Positions 8,765 to 17,346 of a stretch of DNA of 64,000 nt are shown here, one piece after another. The number at the start of each line of letters is the position of its first letter. The first letter of the stretch is position 1. The translations under genes and the position numbers were made by a program. This DNA is from an uncultured Candidatus Saccharibacteria bacterium (GTDB taxonomy: Bacteria; Patescibacteriota; Saccharimonadia; Saccharimonadales; EFPC-124), in the NCBI GenBank assembly GCA_964586395.1, contig CAZPGP010000001.1:1865-65864 (forward strand). The letters run 5' to 3'. The notes beneath the pieces are model-generated. The model worked only from the letters and a program-made list of their open reading frames with translations. It was not told the DNA's origin and did no database searches.

Positions 8765-10042
8765 ATGCGCATTTATTTTGCTGGTATTGGAGGCGTTGGC
8801 ATTGGTCCGCTTGCAGCAATTGCCCGTGAGGCAGGCTACAGCGTGGCCGGCTACGATCAGGCCGTTAGCCCAATGACCGAGGAGCTGGCCGCTAAGGGCG
8901 TCTCGGTTAGCATTGGCCCTGGTCTTCCTGAAATCACCGCCGCCCACAAAGCCCGGCCCATCGACTGGCTCATCGCAACCGCTGCGATACCGGCCGACCA
9001 CCCAGTCTTGCAATTTGCCCGCGACAACCACATTCGCATCAGCAAGCGCGACGAACTTATCAACCAACTCGTGAAGGACAAGCGCCAACGGCTCATCGCC
9101 GTCTCTGGTACGCACGGCAAAACAACCACGACCGCCATGGTCACTTGGCTGTTCGATCAGTTCGATATTCCGGAAAGCCACTCTATCGGAACGCGTGTGA
9201 GCTTCGCACCGAGCGGCAGCTTTAGCGATGAAGGCCAATGCTTTATCTACGAAGCCGACGAATACGACCGCAACATGCTGCAGTTCCGCCCAGAGATTTC
9301 GCTCCTCACTTCGCTGGACTACGATCATCCGGACGTCTACAAAACCGTCGACGATTACAAGGAAGCTTTCCGCCGGTTCATCTCCCAAAGCAAGCGCGTT
9401 TACGCCTGGCAACGCGACCTAGATTACATTGATGTTAAGTCGACCGAGAAAGTCAGTGCCATCGACGATCTGTTAAGCCAGGAGGAAACCGTTAAGCTAC
9501 CCGGCGCGCACAACCGCCGCAATGCGCTCCTAGCGTGCGCGGTCTTTGACGCATTGTTTCCTGAACTAGGGTTCGAGCAAATTATCGCCGCCATTAATCG
9601 CTTCCCAGGCACGCAGCGTCGCTTCGAGCGCTTAGCCGAAAATCTTTACAGCGACTACGGTCATCACCCTGCCGAGATTAGCGCGACACTGCAAATGGCA
9701 AACGAAGTCAGCAAGCACGTCGTCCTCGTCTATCAACCACATCAAAACATCCGACAGCACGAACTGGCGAGTGAATATCAAGATAGTTTCAAGGGCGCGC
9801 GTCACGTCTACTGGCTGCCAACGTATTTGTCGCGCGAAGATCCACAGCTGCCCATTCTCACACCGAAACAGCTCATCGCCAAACTCGACGACCCGCAGAT
9901 CGCCGAGCCGGCCGAGATGAACGACGAACTAATCGCCGCCATTCATAATGAAATTGCGCATGGCGCGCTTGTACTGATCATGGGCGCTGGCGATGTCGAC
10001 AAGTGGGCCCGCGAGCACCTGGGTGAAATCGTAGATAGATAA
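8765..10042 (+). CDS. Mur ligase family protein (MurC / Mpl-like UDP-N-acetylmuramate--amino acid ligase)
   Basis: N-terminal Rossmann motif IYFAGIGGVGIGPLA and Mur-ligase P-loop GTHGKTTTTAM. The length (425 aa) fits MurC/Mpl. Confidence 0.75.
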   Translation: MRIYFAGIGGVGIGPLAAIAREAGYSVAGYDQAVSPMTEELAAKGVSVSIGPGLPEITAAHKARPIDWLIATAAIPADHPVLQFARDNHIRISKRDELINQLVKDKRQRLIAVSGTHGKTTTTAMVTWLFDQFDIPESHSIGTRVSFAPSGSFSDEGQCFIYEADEYDRNMLQFRPEISLLTSLDYDHPDVYKTVDDYKEAFRRFISQSKRVYAWQRDLDYIDVKSTEKVSAIDDLLSQEETVKLPGAHNRRNALLACAVFDALFPELGFEQIIAAINRFPGTQRRFERLAENLYSDYGHHPAEISATLQMANEVSKHVVLVYQPHQNIRQHELASEYQDSFKGARHVYWLPTYLSREDPQLPILTPKQLIAKLDDPQIAEPAEMNDELIAAIHNEIAHGALVLIMGAGDVDKWAREHLGEIVDR

Positions 10043-10156
10043 GTTCTGAAAAGCAGCCAGGCTCTCCTCAACTTGCCAGAGCATACGACACCGTCAAGTC
10101 ACGAGTTTGTAAAGATCTGATTCCGCAACAGATCAAGCTCTGCTATACTACCTCTT

Positions 10157-10990
10157 ATGTGGAATACGATTATTACTTGGTTTCAGCAGAACTCTATCCC
10201 TATTATTTTGATCCTGCTTGCGACCTATGTGGTTGCGCAATTTGGCGCGAAGCTACTAAAGGTCATCATCCGCCGCACCGTTGGCCGCATCAAAACCGAC
10301 GTAAGCGATGACGACGTCAAGAAGCGTCAGGACACGCTCATCAGCATGTTCAGCACCATGGTCAAGGTATTGGTATGGCTGACAGGCGGCTTCACTATTC
10401 TTCGAAACTACTTTGGCATCGACCTCACGCCGCTGATTGCTGGCGCGAGCGTTTTGGGCGTTGCGCTAGGTTTTGGCGCGCAGTCCATCATAAAGGACTT
10501 GCTGACTGGCCTCTTTATCATCATCGAAAACCAATACCGCGTTGGTGATGTCGTAGATATCGACGGTGCGGCCGGTACGGTCGAGCAGATTACCATCCGG
10601 TCCACTATTATCCGCGACAACGAAGGCAATGTTCACTACCTGCCAAACGGCACCGTGACGCACGTCGTCAACAAAACCATGGGCTATTCCAAGGTTAACT
10701 TTGCGATTGCCGTCGAAGCTGACACGAGCGTCGATACACTCTCTGAAGTCATCAACCAGGTTGGAGAGAAGCTTGCTGGCGAGGCTAAATGGAAGAGCAA
10801 AGTCCTTGAACCACCTCACTTCCTGAATATCAGCAACTTTACCGACAAGACCATCGAGGCGCGCATCATCGGCAAGACTCAACCATCACAGCAGTGGGCC
10901 GTCACCGGCGAGCTGCGCAAGCGCCTACAGTCTGCGCTAGCCAAGCACAACATCAAGGTTGCGGACGCGGATAGCGGTAGTAAGAAGTAG
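10157..10990 (+). CDS. Small-conductance mechanosensitive channel (MscS family)
   Basis: Three N-terminal TM segments, then the MscS beta-domain signature IIENQYRVGDVVDI...GTVEQITIRSTIIRDNEG..HYLPNG. Confidence 0.8.
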   Translation: MWNTIITWFQQNSIPIILILLATYVVAQFGAKLLKVIIRRTVGRIKTDVSDDDVKKRQDTLISMFSTMVKVLVWLTGGFTILRNYFGIDLTPLIAGASVLGVALGFGAQSIIKDLLTGLFIIIENQYRVGDVVDIDGAAGTVEQITIRSTIIRDNEGNVHYLPNGTVTHVVNKTMGYSKVNFAIAVEADTSVDTLSEVINQVGEKLAGEAKWKSKVLEPPHFLNISNFTDKTIEARIIGKTQPSQQWAVTGELRKRLQSALAKHNIKVADADSGSKK

Positions 10991-11068
10991 CCCTCGCCGC
11001 AAACAGCGGCTCAGTCTGCGGGGAACGCAGATGTTGTTCGGTGAAAGGGTGGAGCCTCAGCCCTCTTT

Positions 11069-11461
11069 CTACTCCGTCGACGAGTTCCCGCCCGTCTGTG
11101 ACTTCAGTTGAATGTCGTTGTCATCCAATGCGCCTTCCTCAAAGCTGCCGTATCCGGCCAGCTCTTTCGCGCGGTCATCATATTCCCTCAAGAAATCCTC
11201 GATTGTTTCGTGAGTAATCGGGCTCGTTGTGTCGTAGGTCTTTTGTGTGTCGCTCGTGCGGACTTCACTGCGCTCTCGCTCGTAGCCTGGACGGCTAAGG
11301 TCGAGCTTGGACGAGCCATCCAGCGTGTACCAAGAAACACTCACGACCGTTAATGCCAACGAAGCCAGAATGGCGCCAGTCAGAGCCAAAGGCAGCTTAG
11401 GACCACGTATGATCTTATGGACAAAACGCTTCATGCGAGCAACGGGTGGCGTAAATGACAT
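11069..11461 (-). CDS. Hypothetical membrane-anchored protein
   Basis: N-terminal TM anchor; its start codon shares a nucleotide with the stop of the upstream ORF. Confidence 0.4.
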   Translation of the reverse strand: MSFTPPVARMKRFVHKIIRGPKLPLALTGAILASLALTVVSVSWYTLDGSSKLDLSRPGYERERSEVRTSDTQKTYDTTSPITHETIEDFLREYDDRAKELAGYGSFEEGALDDNDIQLKSQTGGNSSTE

Positions 11462-11988
11462 TATTTGAGCCCCTCCTCGTACTTCACAATGGCCTCGCGG
11501 TACTTAGTCACCAAACCTTCGATCTTGCTAACCTGTGCGCCGACCGTATTGCGGTCCTCGCGTGATTTTACGATGACGGCATAGTACTCGCTGGGCTTGT
11601 CTTTGCAGTTGATCTTCAGAGCGTTGGCGATGTCAGTGTCGTAGCGGTCATAGCTGCTACGAAAGGCGTTAACCGCGTCCTGGAGCTCGGTGGTGTACTG
11701 GATAAGATCAGGGGAGCTGATCTTGTTGTAGGCAAAGCGGCTATTAAATGCCGAAAGCTGACGCAGCATTTGATCGTACGCGCGGCCACGGTTGATACGC
11801 GATACAGCATCACGTTTCTCGATCTGCTGCAAGGCGAATTGGGAGTTAGAGCAACGGGCACGAATCGTGTCGAGCATTTCCTCGGACAATGGATCTGACT
11901 GCGCAACCACAGCACCAGCCGCGCTAAAGACCAACATAAATACAGCCACAAAGCCAAGGGTAATTCTGCGTAGAGTTCGGTCAATCAT
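11461..11988 (-). CDS. Hypothetical secreted protein
   Basis: N-terminal signal or anchor region; two Cys residues; no recognisable domain. Confidence 0.4.
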   Translation of the reverse strand: MIDRTLRRITLGFVAVFMLVFSAAGAVVAQSDPLSEEMLDTIRARCSNSQFALQQIEKRDAVSRINRGRAYDQMLRQLSAFNSRFAYNKISSPDLIQYTTELQDAVNAFRSSYDRYDTDIANALKINCKDKPSEYYAVIVKSREDRNTVGAQVSKIEGLVTKYREAIVKYEEGLK

Positions 11989-11998
11989 CTGTGACCAA

Positions 11999-12823
11999 TT
12001 ATGGCAGCTTGAGGCTCCCTGTCAATCTGATAAGACCAGCTTCTTGCTCTATCAAACCTTCACGGTGCAGGTCGTCGATAACCGACTGCGTACGCTCGTC
12101 CGCTAGTAGATCTACCAGCTCAAAGACGCTTCGGGCGCCGCTGGTCAATTCCCGCAGCACGCGGCCACGAACTTGCCTACGACTGCCTTCAAATTTGCTC
12201 TGCCTGGCATAATGTTTTGACTGCGAGATCTTGCCGCCCGCCGTCTGCTTGAGATGCGTACCGTAGTCCATCAACGCCCAGTACCATTCGCGCGGATGTT
12301 CCACGTCGCACACCTGCTGTAAGATCGGCAAAAGCTCTCGGTCATCCACATCGCTCCTATCGGCAAAGAAATGATGGAACAGAACCGTTCGAATATTCGT
12401 CTCGATAAACACAACTGGCTGGTTGAATGCATATGCCAAAATCGCACCAGCCGTGTTTGGCCCAATACCGGGCAAGCTCACTAACGCCTCGCGACTCTCG
12501 GGGAGTTTCCCACCAAAATCACTCACTACCTTTTGCGCTGCTGCGTGCAGGAACTTTGCGCGGCGGTTATAGCCCAGCCCGCTCCACGTGCTCAATACAT
12601 CAGCTAAAGGTGCGTCTGCTAAGTCTTGAATCGACGTGAATCGAGCCATAAATTCCTGATACTTTGGCAACACTCGACTCACCTGGGTCTGCTGCAGCAT
12701 CAGCTCAGACACAAGCACGTGATACGGCGACGGGTCATCGCGCCAAGGCATGTCGCGTCGGTGCGTGCGGAAATAATCCCACACAACCTCGCGGAAGTCG
12801 GTGATCAACTCATCGCTTGGCAC
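11999..12823 (-). CDS. MutY-like HhH-GPD DNA glycosylase with no Fe-S cluster cysteines and no C-terminal OG-recognition domain
   Basis: DMPWR...PYHVLVSELMLQQTQV...LGYNRRAKFLHAAAQKV...LPGIGPNTAGAILAYAF is close to the E. coli MutY catalytic core as I recall it. The 4-Cys loop is absent and the protein stops at 274 aa. Confidence 0.65.
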   Translation of the reverse strand: MPSDELITDFREVVWDYFRTHRRDMPWRDDPSPYHVLVSELMLQQTQVSRVLPKYQEFMARFTSIQDLADAPLADVLSTWSGLGYNRRAKFLHAAAQKVVSDFGGKLPESREALVSLPGIGPNTAGAILAYAFNQPVVFIETNIRTVLFHHFFADRSDVDDRELLPILQQVCDVEHPREWYWALMDYGTHLKQTAGGKISQSKHYARQSKFEGSRRQVRGRVLRELTSGARSVFELVDLLADERTQSVIDDLHREGLIEQEAGLIRLTGSLKLP

Positions 12824-13120
12824 TTACAACTCTTCGTTGAGCGCTTTCGCCAGGTCGAGGTCAGCTTGGGTCACGCCGCCAGCGTCAGTATCGATCACCG
12901 TTACCACAACCTCTTCGCTGCGGAGTGTAACTTCAGGATAATGCGTCAGCCGCTCAGCCACACCGCCAATTCGCTCTACCAGGGCGAGGCCCTCGGCAAA
13001 ACCTTTGGTCTCAAACACTCGTATCAGGCCCTCGCCCGGAATGTTTGACCATGCGACATTTAGTTTCTCAACTGCAGCTTCAATTTGTTCGTCAGGTAAG
13101 ATTTGGTCGTTCATATCCAC
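12824..13120 (-). CDS. Pterin-4a-carbinolamine dehydratase (PCD/DCoH)
   Basis: A 98-aa protein with ...EGLALVERIGGVAERLTHYPEV...V.T.D.GG.T..D..LA..LNE, the PCD family pattern. It is stop/start adjacent to the glycosylase gene. Confidence 0.75.
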   Translation of the reverse strand: MDMNDQILPDEQIEAAVEKLNVAWSNIPGEGLIRVFETKGFAEGLALVERIGGVAERLTHYPEVTLRSEEVVVTVIDTDAGGVTQADLDLAKALNEEL

Positions 13121-13129
13121 AGTGTACCA

Positions 13130-14959
13130 TTAGTAGAATCTAAATCGCTGCAGATCAGTCACGGCGCCTTGCGTGCTAGACGTAGCCGTTACATCGGTAA
13201 TCTTGGCTGGCTTGCCGCCATTCAGTGAGATCGCATAGTCGGCTGTCTCCTGCGCGTTCACGACGCGGTACACGATGACGTCACCGATCCAACTGATTGG
13301 ACCGCCCAGGCCGTCCGCCCCGTATAGTGCGGTTACGGCGCCATTGCTCATGTCCTTCACGAAGAGCGTATACTTGCCGTCTACGCGGTCGATCATTAGA
13401 CGCTTTTCGCCGTCGCCCTCGGCCGTGCCGATATATTGGATGGTGTTGCTGCCACTGGACGGCTGCGAGATGCTCTTGGACTGATCGGTGTTGAGATTGT
13501 ATTCGTGCCAAGCTTGGTCATGCCCAGTCTTGAAGGCGATACGATCAAAGTCGAGCTGCAGATACGTGCCAAAATCGGTCTTCTCGCCCAGCGTCTTCAA
13601 AGCCGCGGCGTTCACGGGCGACACTCGCAGAATCGGACTGGCGAGAGAATCGGGGCCGGTGTTCACGTACTTTTGATACACAACCTTATCGAACGCCACC
13701 GTACCAACACTAATGAAATCGGCAGATTCAAAGTTATAAACACGCTTGCTGTTCGTATCGACACTGCGGAGTGTGGTCGGGTAGCTGTTGGTCGTAGTAG
13801 TGTCGTAGGCGGTAGTCGTGTAGACCAAGGTCCCGGCAGACCAATCGGCGAATCTCACGCTTACACCTTCGTCGACTTTGGTGAGTTGCTTGCTGGCGAG
13901 ATCTACGACGTAAATGCGCTGCAGCATATCTTGCTTGCTGTTGCGGGCGCCGTCACGGCTGGAACTTAACACGCCGTACTTGCCGTCGGGGCTGACCGCG
14001 AATGCCGTCTGGTCAGTCTCTTGGCCGGTTCCTGCCACAATTGGCTGAACTTCAGATCCGTCGAGATTACTACTGTATACCGTCAGAACGCCACTGCGTT
14101 TGCTGACAAAGTAATGCTTGCCGCCAGGGACGACCTTGATTTCAGGCATAGTTTTGACGTTTGGCGTTGCTGTGTCATCGAGTGCGATGTCAAACTTCTG
14201 GTCTACATACTTGCCGCCAAAGTTGGTCGAGACGGTTACTCTAGCATCGTCGGTGCCAGGTATTTTAACAGAGACAAGGCCCTGGTCATCAGGCTTCGCC
14301 ACGACGTCGCCGATAGTAAATTCACCCACGTTCACCGGCTTGCCGCTCAGCGAATCAACAACTTTGAAGGCCACCGGAATACCGATTGCTTTTACGCTCA
14401 GTTCGATCTTGCGCGCTGCGTCATCGGTTTCCTGCCCGCCGAATCGATGCAGGAACGGATCTTGGTCGAGCGTCACGCCGTAGCTGACGTCTTGGTAGCC
14501 AGCTTTCTTGGCGGTCACGGCGATCTTGCCATAGGGCACATCCGGAACAGTCAATTTGCCTTGCGCGTCGGTCTTGTACGATTTGCCGTCGACCGTCACA
14601 GCCACGTTACCCAGGCGCGAGACTTTGGCTTTGCCCTCGCCAGGCGCGATAGTCGTAATAGTCAGCGTGTTGCGAGCGCCAAAGGTATTCACCAACCACC
14701 AGCGAGTCGGCTGCACAAACCACAAAGCCAGGCCGACAACGATCAATGTTGCTACGAACAGCAGCCAAAACTTGCGGCTCCGAAGCAATGCGCCGAGCTT
14801 TTGCTTGAACGTACGCTTGGGCTTGGGGGGCTGGAATGATGACGGCGGCGGGGTATCATCAACCGACGGCGTGAAGTGCACGACGGGTTGATCTTGGCTT
14901 GAATGCCAGGGGCTGTCTGAGTTTAATTCGATACTTTTAGTTTCTTCTTCGGGAGTCAT
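13130..14959 (-). CDS. Large membrane-anchored surface protein with Ig-like / carboxypeptidase-regulatory-like domains and a TolB/PD40-like beta-propeller
   Basis: Cytoplasmic Pro-rich N-terminus, one TM segment, then beta-rich repeats and PD40-like segments (FAVSPDGKYGVLSSSRDG). Confidence 0.5.
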   Translation of the reverse strand: MTPEEETKSIELNSDSPWHSSQDQPVVHFTPSVDDTPPPSSFQPPKPKRTFKQKLGALLRSRKFWLLFVATLIVVGLALWFVQPTRWWLVNTFGARNTLTITTIAPGEGKAKVSRLGNVAVTVDGKSYKTDAQGKLTVPDVPYGKIAVTAKKAGYQDVSYGVTLDQDPFLHRFGGQETDDAARKIELSVKAIGIPVAFKVVDSLSGKPVNVGEFTIGDVVAKPDDQGLVSVKIPGTDDARVTVSTNFGGKYVDQKFDIALDDTATPNVKTMPEIKVVPGGKHYFVSKRSGVLTVYSSNLDGSEVQPIVAGTGQETDQTAFAVSPDGKYGVLSSSRDGARNSKQDMLQRIYVVDLASKQLTKVDEGVSVRFADWSAGTLVYTTTAYDTTTTNSYPTTLRSVDTNSKRVYNFESADFISVGTVAFDKVVYQKYVNTGPDSLASPILRVSPVNAAALKTLGEKTDFGTYLQLDFDRIAFKTGHDQAWHEYNLNTDQSKSISQPSSGSNTIQYIGTAEGDGEKRLMIDRVDGKYTLFVKDMSNGAVTALYGADGLGGPISWIGDVIVYRVVNAQETADYAISLNGGKPAKITDVTATSSTQGAVTDLQRFRFY

Positions 14960-15006
14960 TGGACTTACCCTTTGTTACTCCCCTAGTATACCGCTAGAAT
15001 GATGGT

Positions 15007-15642
15007 ATGACTAATGCCAGAACTCAACTCCTCCAAACCGCCGCCGACCACCTCTCGGCGAACGACCCGAACCTGAAACCAGTCATCAAGCAATTTGGCC
15101 TCTGCACCGTTGCGCCGCACGACGATTATTACCGCGAGCTTGTGGATTCTATTATCAGCCAGCAGCTGAGCATCAAGGCGTCAGCTACGATCATCAAACG
15201 TTTCGTAGCACTATTTGACGATAAATTCCCAACACCGGCACAGATTCTGCAGCGCGATGTTGAGGAACTCCGCGCCGTCGGGATGTCCCGACCCAAAGCT
15301 AGTTACGTTCTGGACCTGGCGCTGCACATCGAGGAAGGTCGCCTCCACCCAGAGAAGCTTCCGAAGCTCTCAAACGAAGAAGTCATTCGTGAACTGACCG
15401 CTGTTAAAGGCATTGGCGAATGGACCGCACACATGTTCCTCATATTCAGCCTCGGCCGTACCGACGTGCTAGCTACCGGCGATCTCGGCGTGCGCATGGC
15501 TATGAAGAAACTCTACGGTCTACCCGACGCGCCAAAGCCCGACGAAATGCGCGCCATTGCCGATAAATTCAACTGGCACCCGTACGAGTCCATCGCTTGC
15601 TGGTATCTGTGGCAATCGCTTGATAATGCGCTGGCGTTATAG
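15007..15642 (+). CDS. DNA-3-methyladenine glycosylase II-like (AlkA family, HhH-GPD)
   Basis: HhH motif LTAVKGIGEWTAHMFLIF followed by the catalytic Asp segment ATGDLGVRMAM. Confidence 0.75.
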   Translation: MTNARTQLLQTAADHLSANDPNLKPVIKQFGLCTVAPHDDYYRELVDSIISQQLSIKASATIIKRFVALFDDKFPTPAQILQRDVEELRAVGMSRPKASYVLDLALHIEEGRLHPEKLPKLSNEEVIRELTAVKGIGEWTAHMFLIFSLGRTDVLATGDLGVRMAMKKLYGLPDAPKPDEMRAIADKFNWHPYESIACWYLWQSLDNALAL

Positions 15643-16038
15643 ACTCTTCGCGACTTCGTAGACAAGTTTCTCGAACACGTCATCACTGTCGGACAGATCG
15701 TTAGGGTCGATAAATACCGCCTCGGTCACGCCTTCGCCGAGGGTAAACTTGCTGTCTGGAATTTGAGCTTTGAACACAACCCACATCAGCCAGGCCTCTT
15801 TACGCTCCAGGTAAAACGTCTTTACGCAAAACGGTTCGAGGCCGGATGCATCGGTGATGCCAAGCTCTTCCTTTAACTCTCGCGCCACGCCGGCCAAAGG
15901 CTCTTCGCCATGGTCGAGGCCGCCACCGGGAAGACTCCAAGTGTCTTGATTCTCCTTCACCACCAGAACCTGGCCGTGGTCGTTTGTAATGAGCGCCTTA
16001 ACCGAAACCCGATAGAACGTATTGGGGTACGCGCTCAT
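15637..16038 (-). CDS. NUDIX hydrolase
   Basis: Nudix box GGGLDHGEEPLAGVARELKEELGI. Confidence 0.75.
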   Translation of the reverse strand: MSAYPNTFYRVSVKALITNDHGQVLVVKENQDTWSLPGGGLDHGEEPLAGVARELKEELGITDASGLEPFCVKTFYLERKEAWLMWVVFKAQIPDSKFTLGEGVTEAVFIDPNDLSDSDDVFEKLVYEVAKSL

Positions 16039-16694
16039 CGCTTTACCGCCGAGACGTAATTGATTGGGATGCCTTGCGCCAGGAACTTACGTTCGAAGTA
16101 TGTCGTGATTTTGTAATCCTCCGGCAAGTCGCTTTCATGCAAGTCAAAGCTGAGTTCCTGCAGCGTCCACCCCTCGGCGACTAGCTGTTCGAGGCTCCAC
16201 AGGAATAATTCACGGTTATCGGTCTTAAACCGCAGCACGCCGTGCTTGGCTAGCAGATTCGCGTAAACTTTCAGGAATGATGGATTGGTCAGGCGATGCT
16301 TGGCTTGTTTGTCGCGCGGGAATGGGTCGGGGAAAGTCACCCACAATTGGTCGATGCTCCCCGGCTCGAACAGATCAATCATGCCACGAAGCTGGGCACG
16401 GACAAAGGCGATGTTGTCGAGCTTATCATTCAGCGCAACCTTCGCGCCAGTATACAGACGGTCAGATTTGACGTCGACCGCCACGAAGTTTCGATCTGGA
16501 TGTGCGCGGCCAAGCCCCAGGCTCAAGTCAGCTGTGCCTGCGCCGACTTCGACCGTCAACGGCTGCTTGGCCGGGAAATGTGTGCGCCAGAACTCCGGCG
16601 AAACTGCACTCGCCTGAAAACAGTTTGCCCACTCGTCAAAGTGCGCGAACTTCCATAATTTGCGTTTCCGCGTGATGAATAACTTTTCGCTCAT
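16035..16694 (-). CDS. trmB: tRNA (guanine46-N7)-methyltransferase
   Basis: SAM-binding motif VEVGAGTADLSLGLGRAHPDRNFVAVDV plus the TrmB-typical ...LWVTFPDPFP. Confidence 0.8.
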   Translation of the reverse strand: MSEKLFITRKRKLWKFAHFDEWANCFQASAVSPEFWRTHFPAKQPLTVEVGAGTADLSLGLGRAHPDRNFVAVDVKSDRLYTGAKVALNDKLDNIAFVRAQLRGMIDLFEPGSIDQLWVTFPDPFPRDKQAKHRLTNPSFLKVYANLLAKHGVLRFKTDNRELFLWSLEQLVAEGWTLQELSFDLHESDLPEDYKITTYFERKFLAQGIPINYVSAVKR

Positions 16695-16700
16695 GGATTT

Positions 16701-17324
16701 CTAAAAACAGGATGCGCCCTGCAGTGCCGCTGCATCGCTGCCGCCACTGCCGTAGGTCTGAGGTGTCTGAATGTTGTTGCTTGGATTGGTTTGGAGGATC
16801 ATGCCCACAGCTTGCGGGTTGGTGCTGCCGTTTACGTCGCTGGTAGCTTGCTCGTTGGTGCACATCTTGCCGCCACTTTGGAGGATATCGTCGGCCGCAG
16901 CAGAACTTTGGCCAGCCTTAGTCCCTTCGGTGCCAGATTGCTGCGCGCTCTGTTGGCGCATAATGGCCGCACCAAAGACGAGCGCAATCGCAATGACAGC
17001 CAGCGCAAACGCGCTCACCAGCATACGACGGCGAGATGGCTGGACGTCCTGCTCAATTGACTCAATAGCCGCGACCTTCTCGGCTTCAGCTTCGACAGCC
17101 TGCTCGGGCGCGACAGATTCACTAGCCTTGGTCGACTTCTTAGTTGTCTTCTTCTTTGCCGCTGGCTTCGTAGCCATCACGACCGGCTCGTTCGAGCCTT
17201 CAGCAATAATCACCGGCTCTTCAGGAGTAACCGGAGCCTTTTTGGTAGTCTGAGATTTCTTTGCGCTCGTCTGCTCTTTCTTGGCGCGCGCACGACGAGA
17301 CGATTTGGTGGATTTCTTTGCCAT
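16701..17324 (-). CDS. Hypothetical protein with a Lys-rich N-terminus, one TM segment and a Gln/Ser-rich exterior
   Basis: Low-complexity composition; single hydrophobic segment. Confidence 0.4.
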   Translation of the reverse strand: MAKKSTKSSRRARAKKEQTSAKKSQTTKKAPVTPEEPVIIAEGSNEPVVMATKPAAKKKTTKKSTKASESVAPEQAVEAEAEKVAAIESIEQDVQPSRRRMLVSAFALAVIAIALVFGAAIMRQQSAQQSGTEGTKAGQSSAAADDILQSGGKMCTNEQATSDVNGSTNPQAVGMILQTNPSNNIQTPQTYGSGGSDAAALQGASCF

Positions 17325-17346
17325 ATACCTAGTGTAGCACTGCCGC

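Noticed and set aside
8681-9412. A 243-aa minus-strand ORF inside the MurC-family gene (plus 8857-9144)
   Set aside because: Antisense to a gene with clear Mur-ligase motifs. Cys/Arg-rich nonsense composition.
14021-14839. A 272-aa plus-strand ORF (and 13436-13969) overlapping the 609-aa surface-protein gene
   Set aside because: Antisense shadow ORFs. The minus-strand product has a TM anchor and PD40-like repeats.
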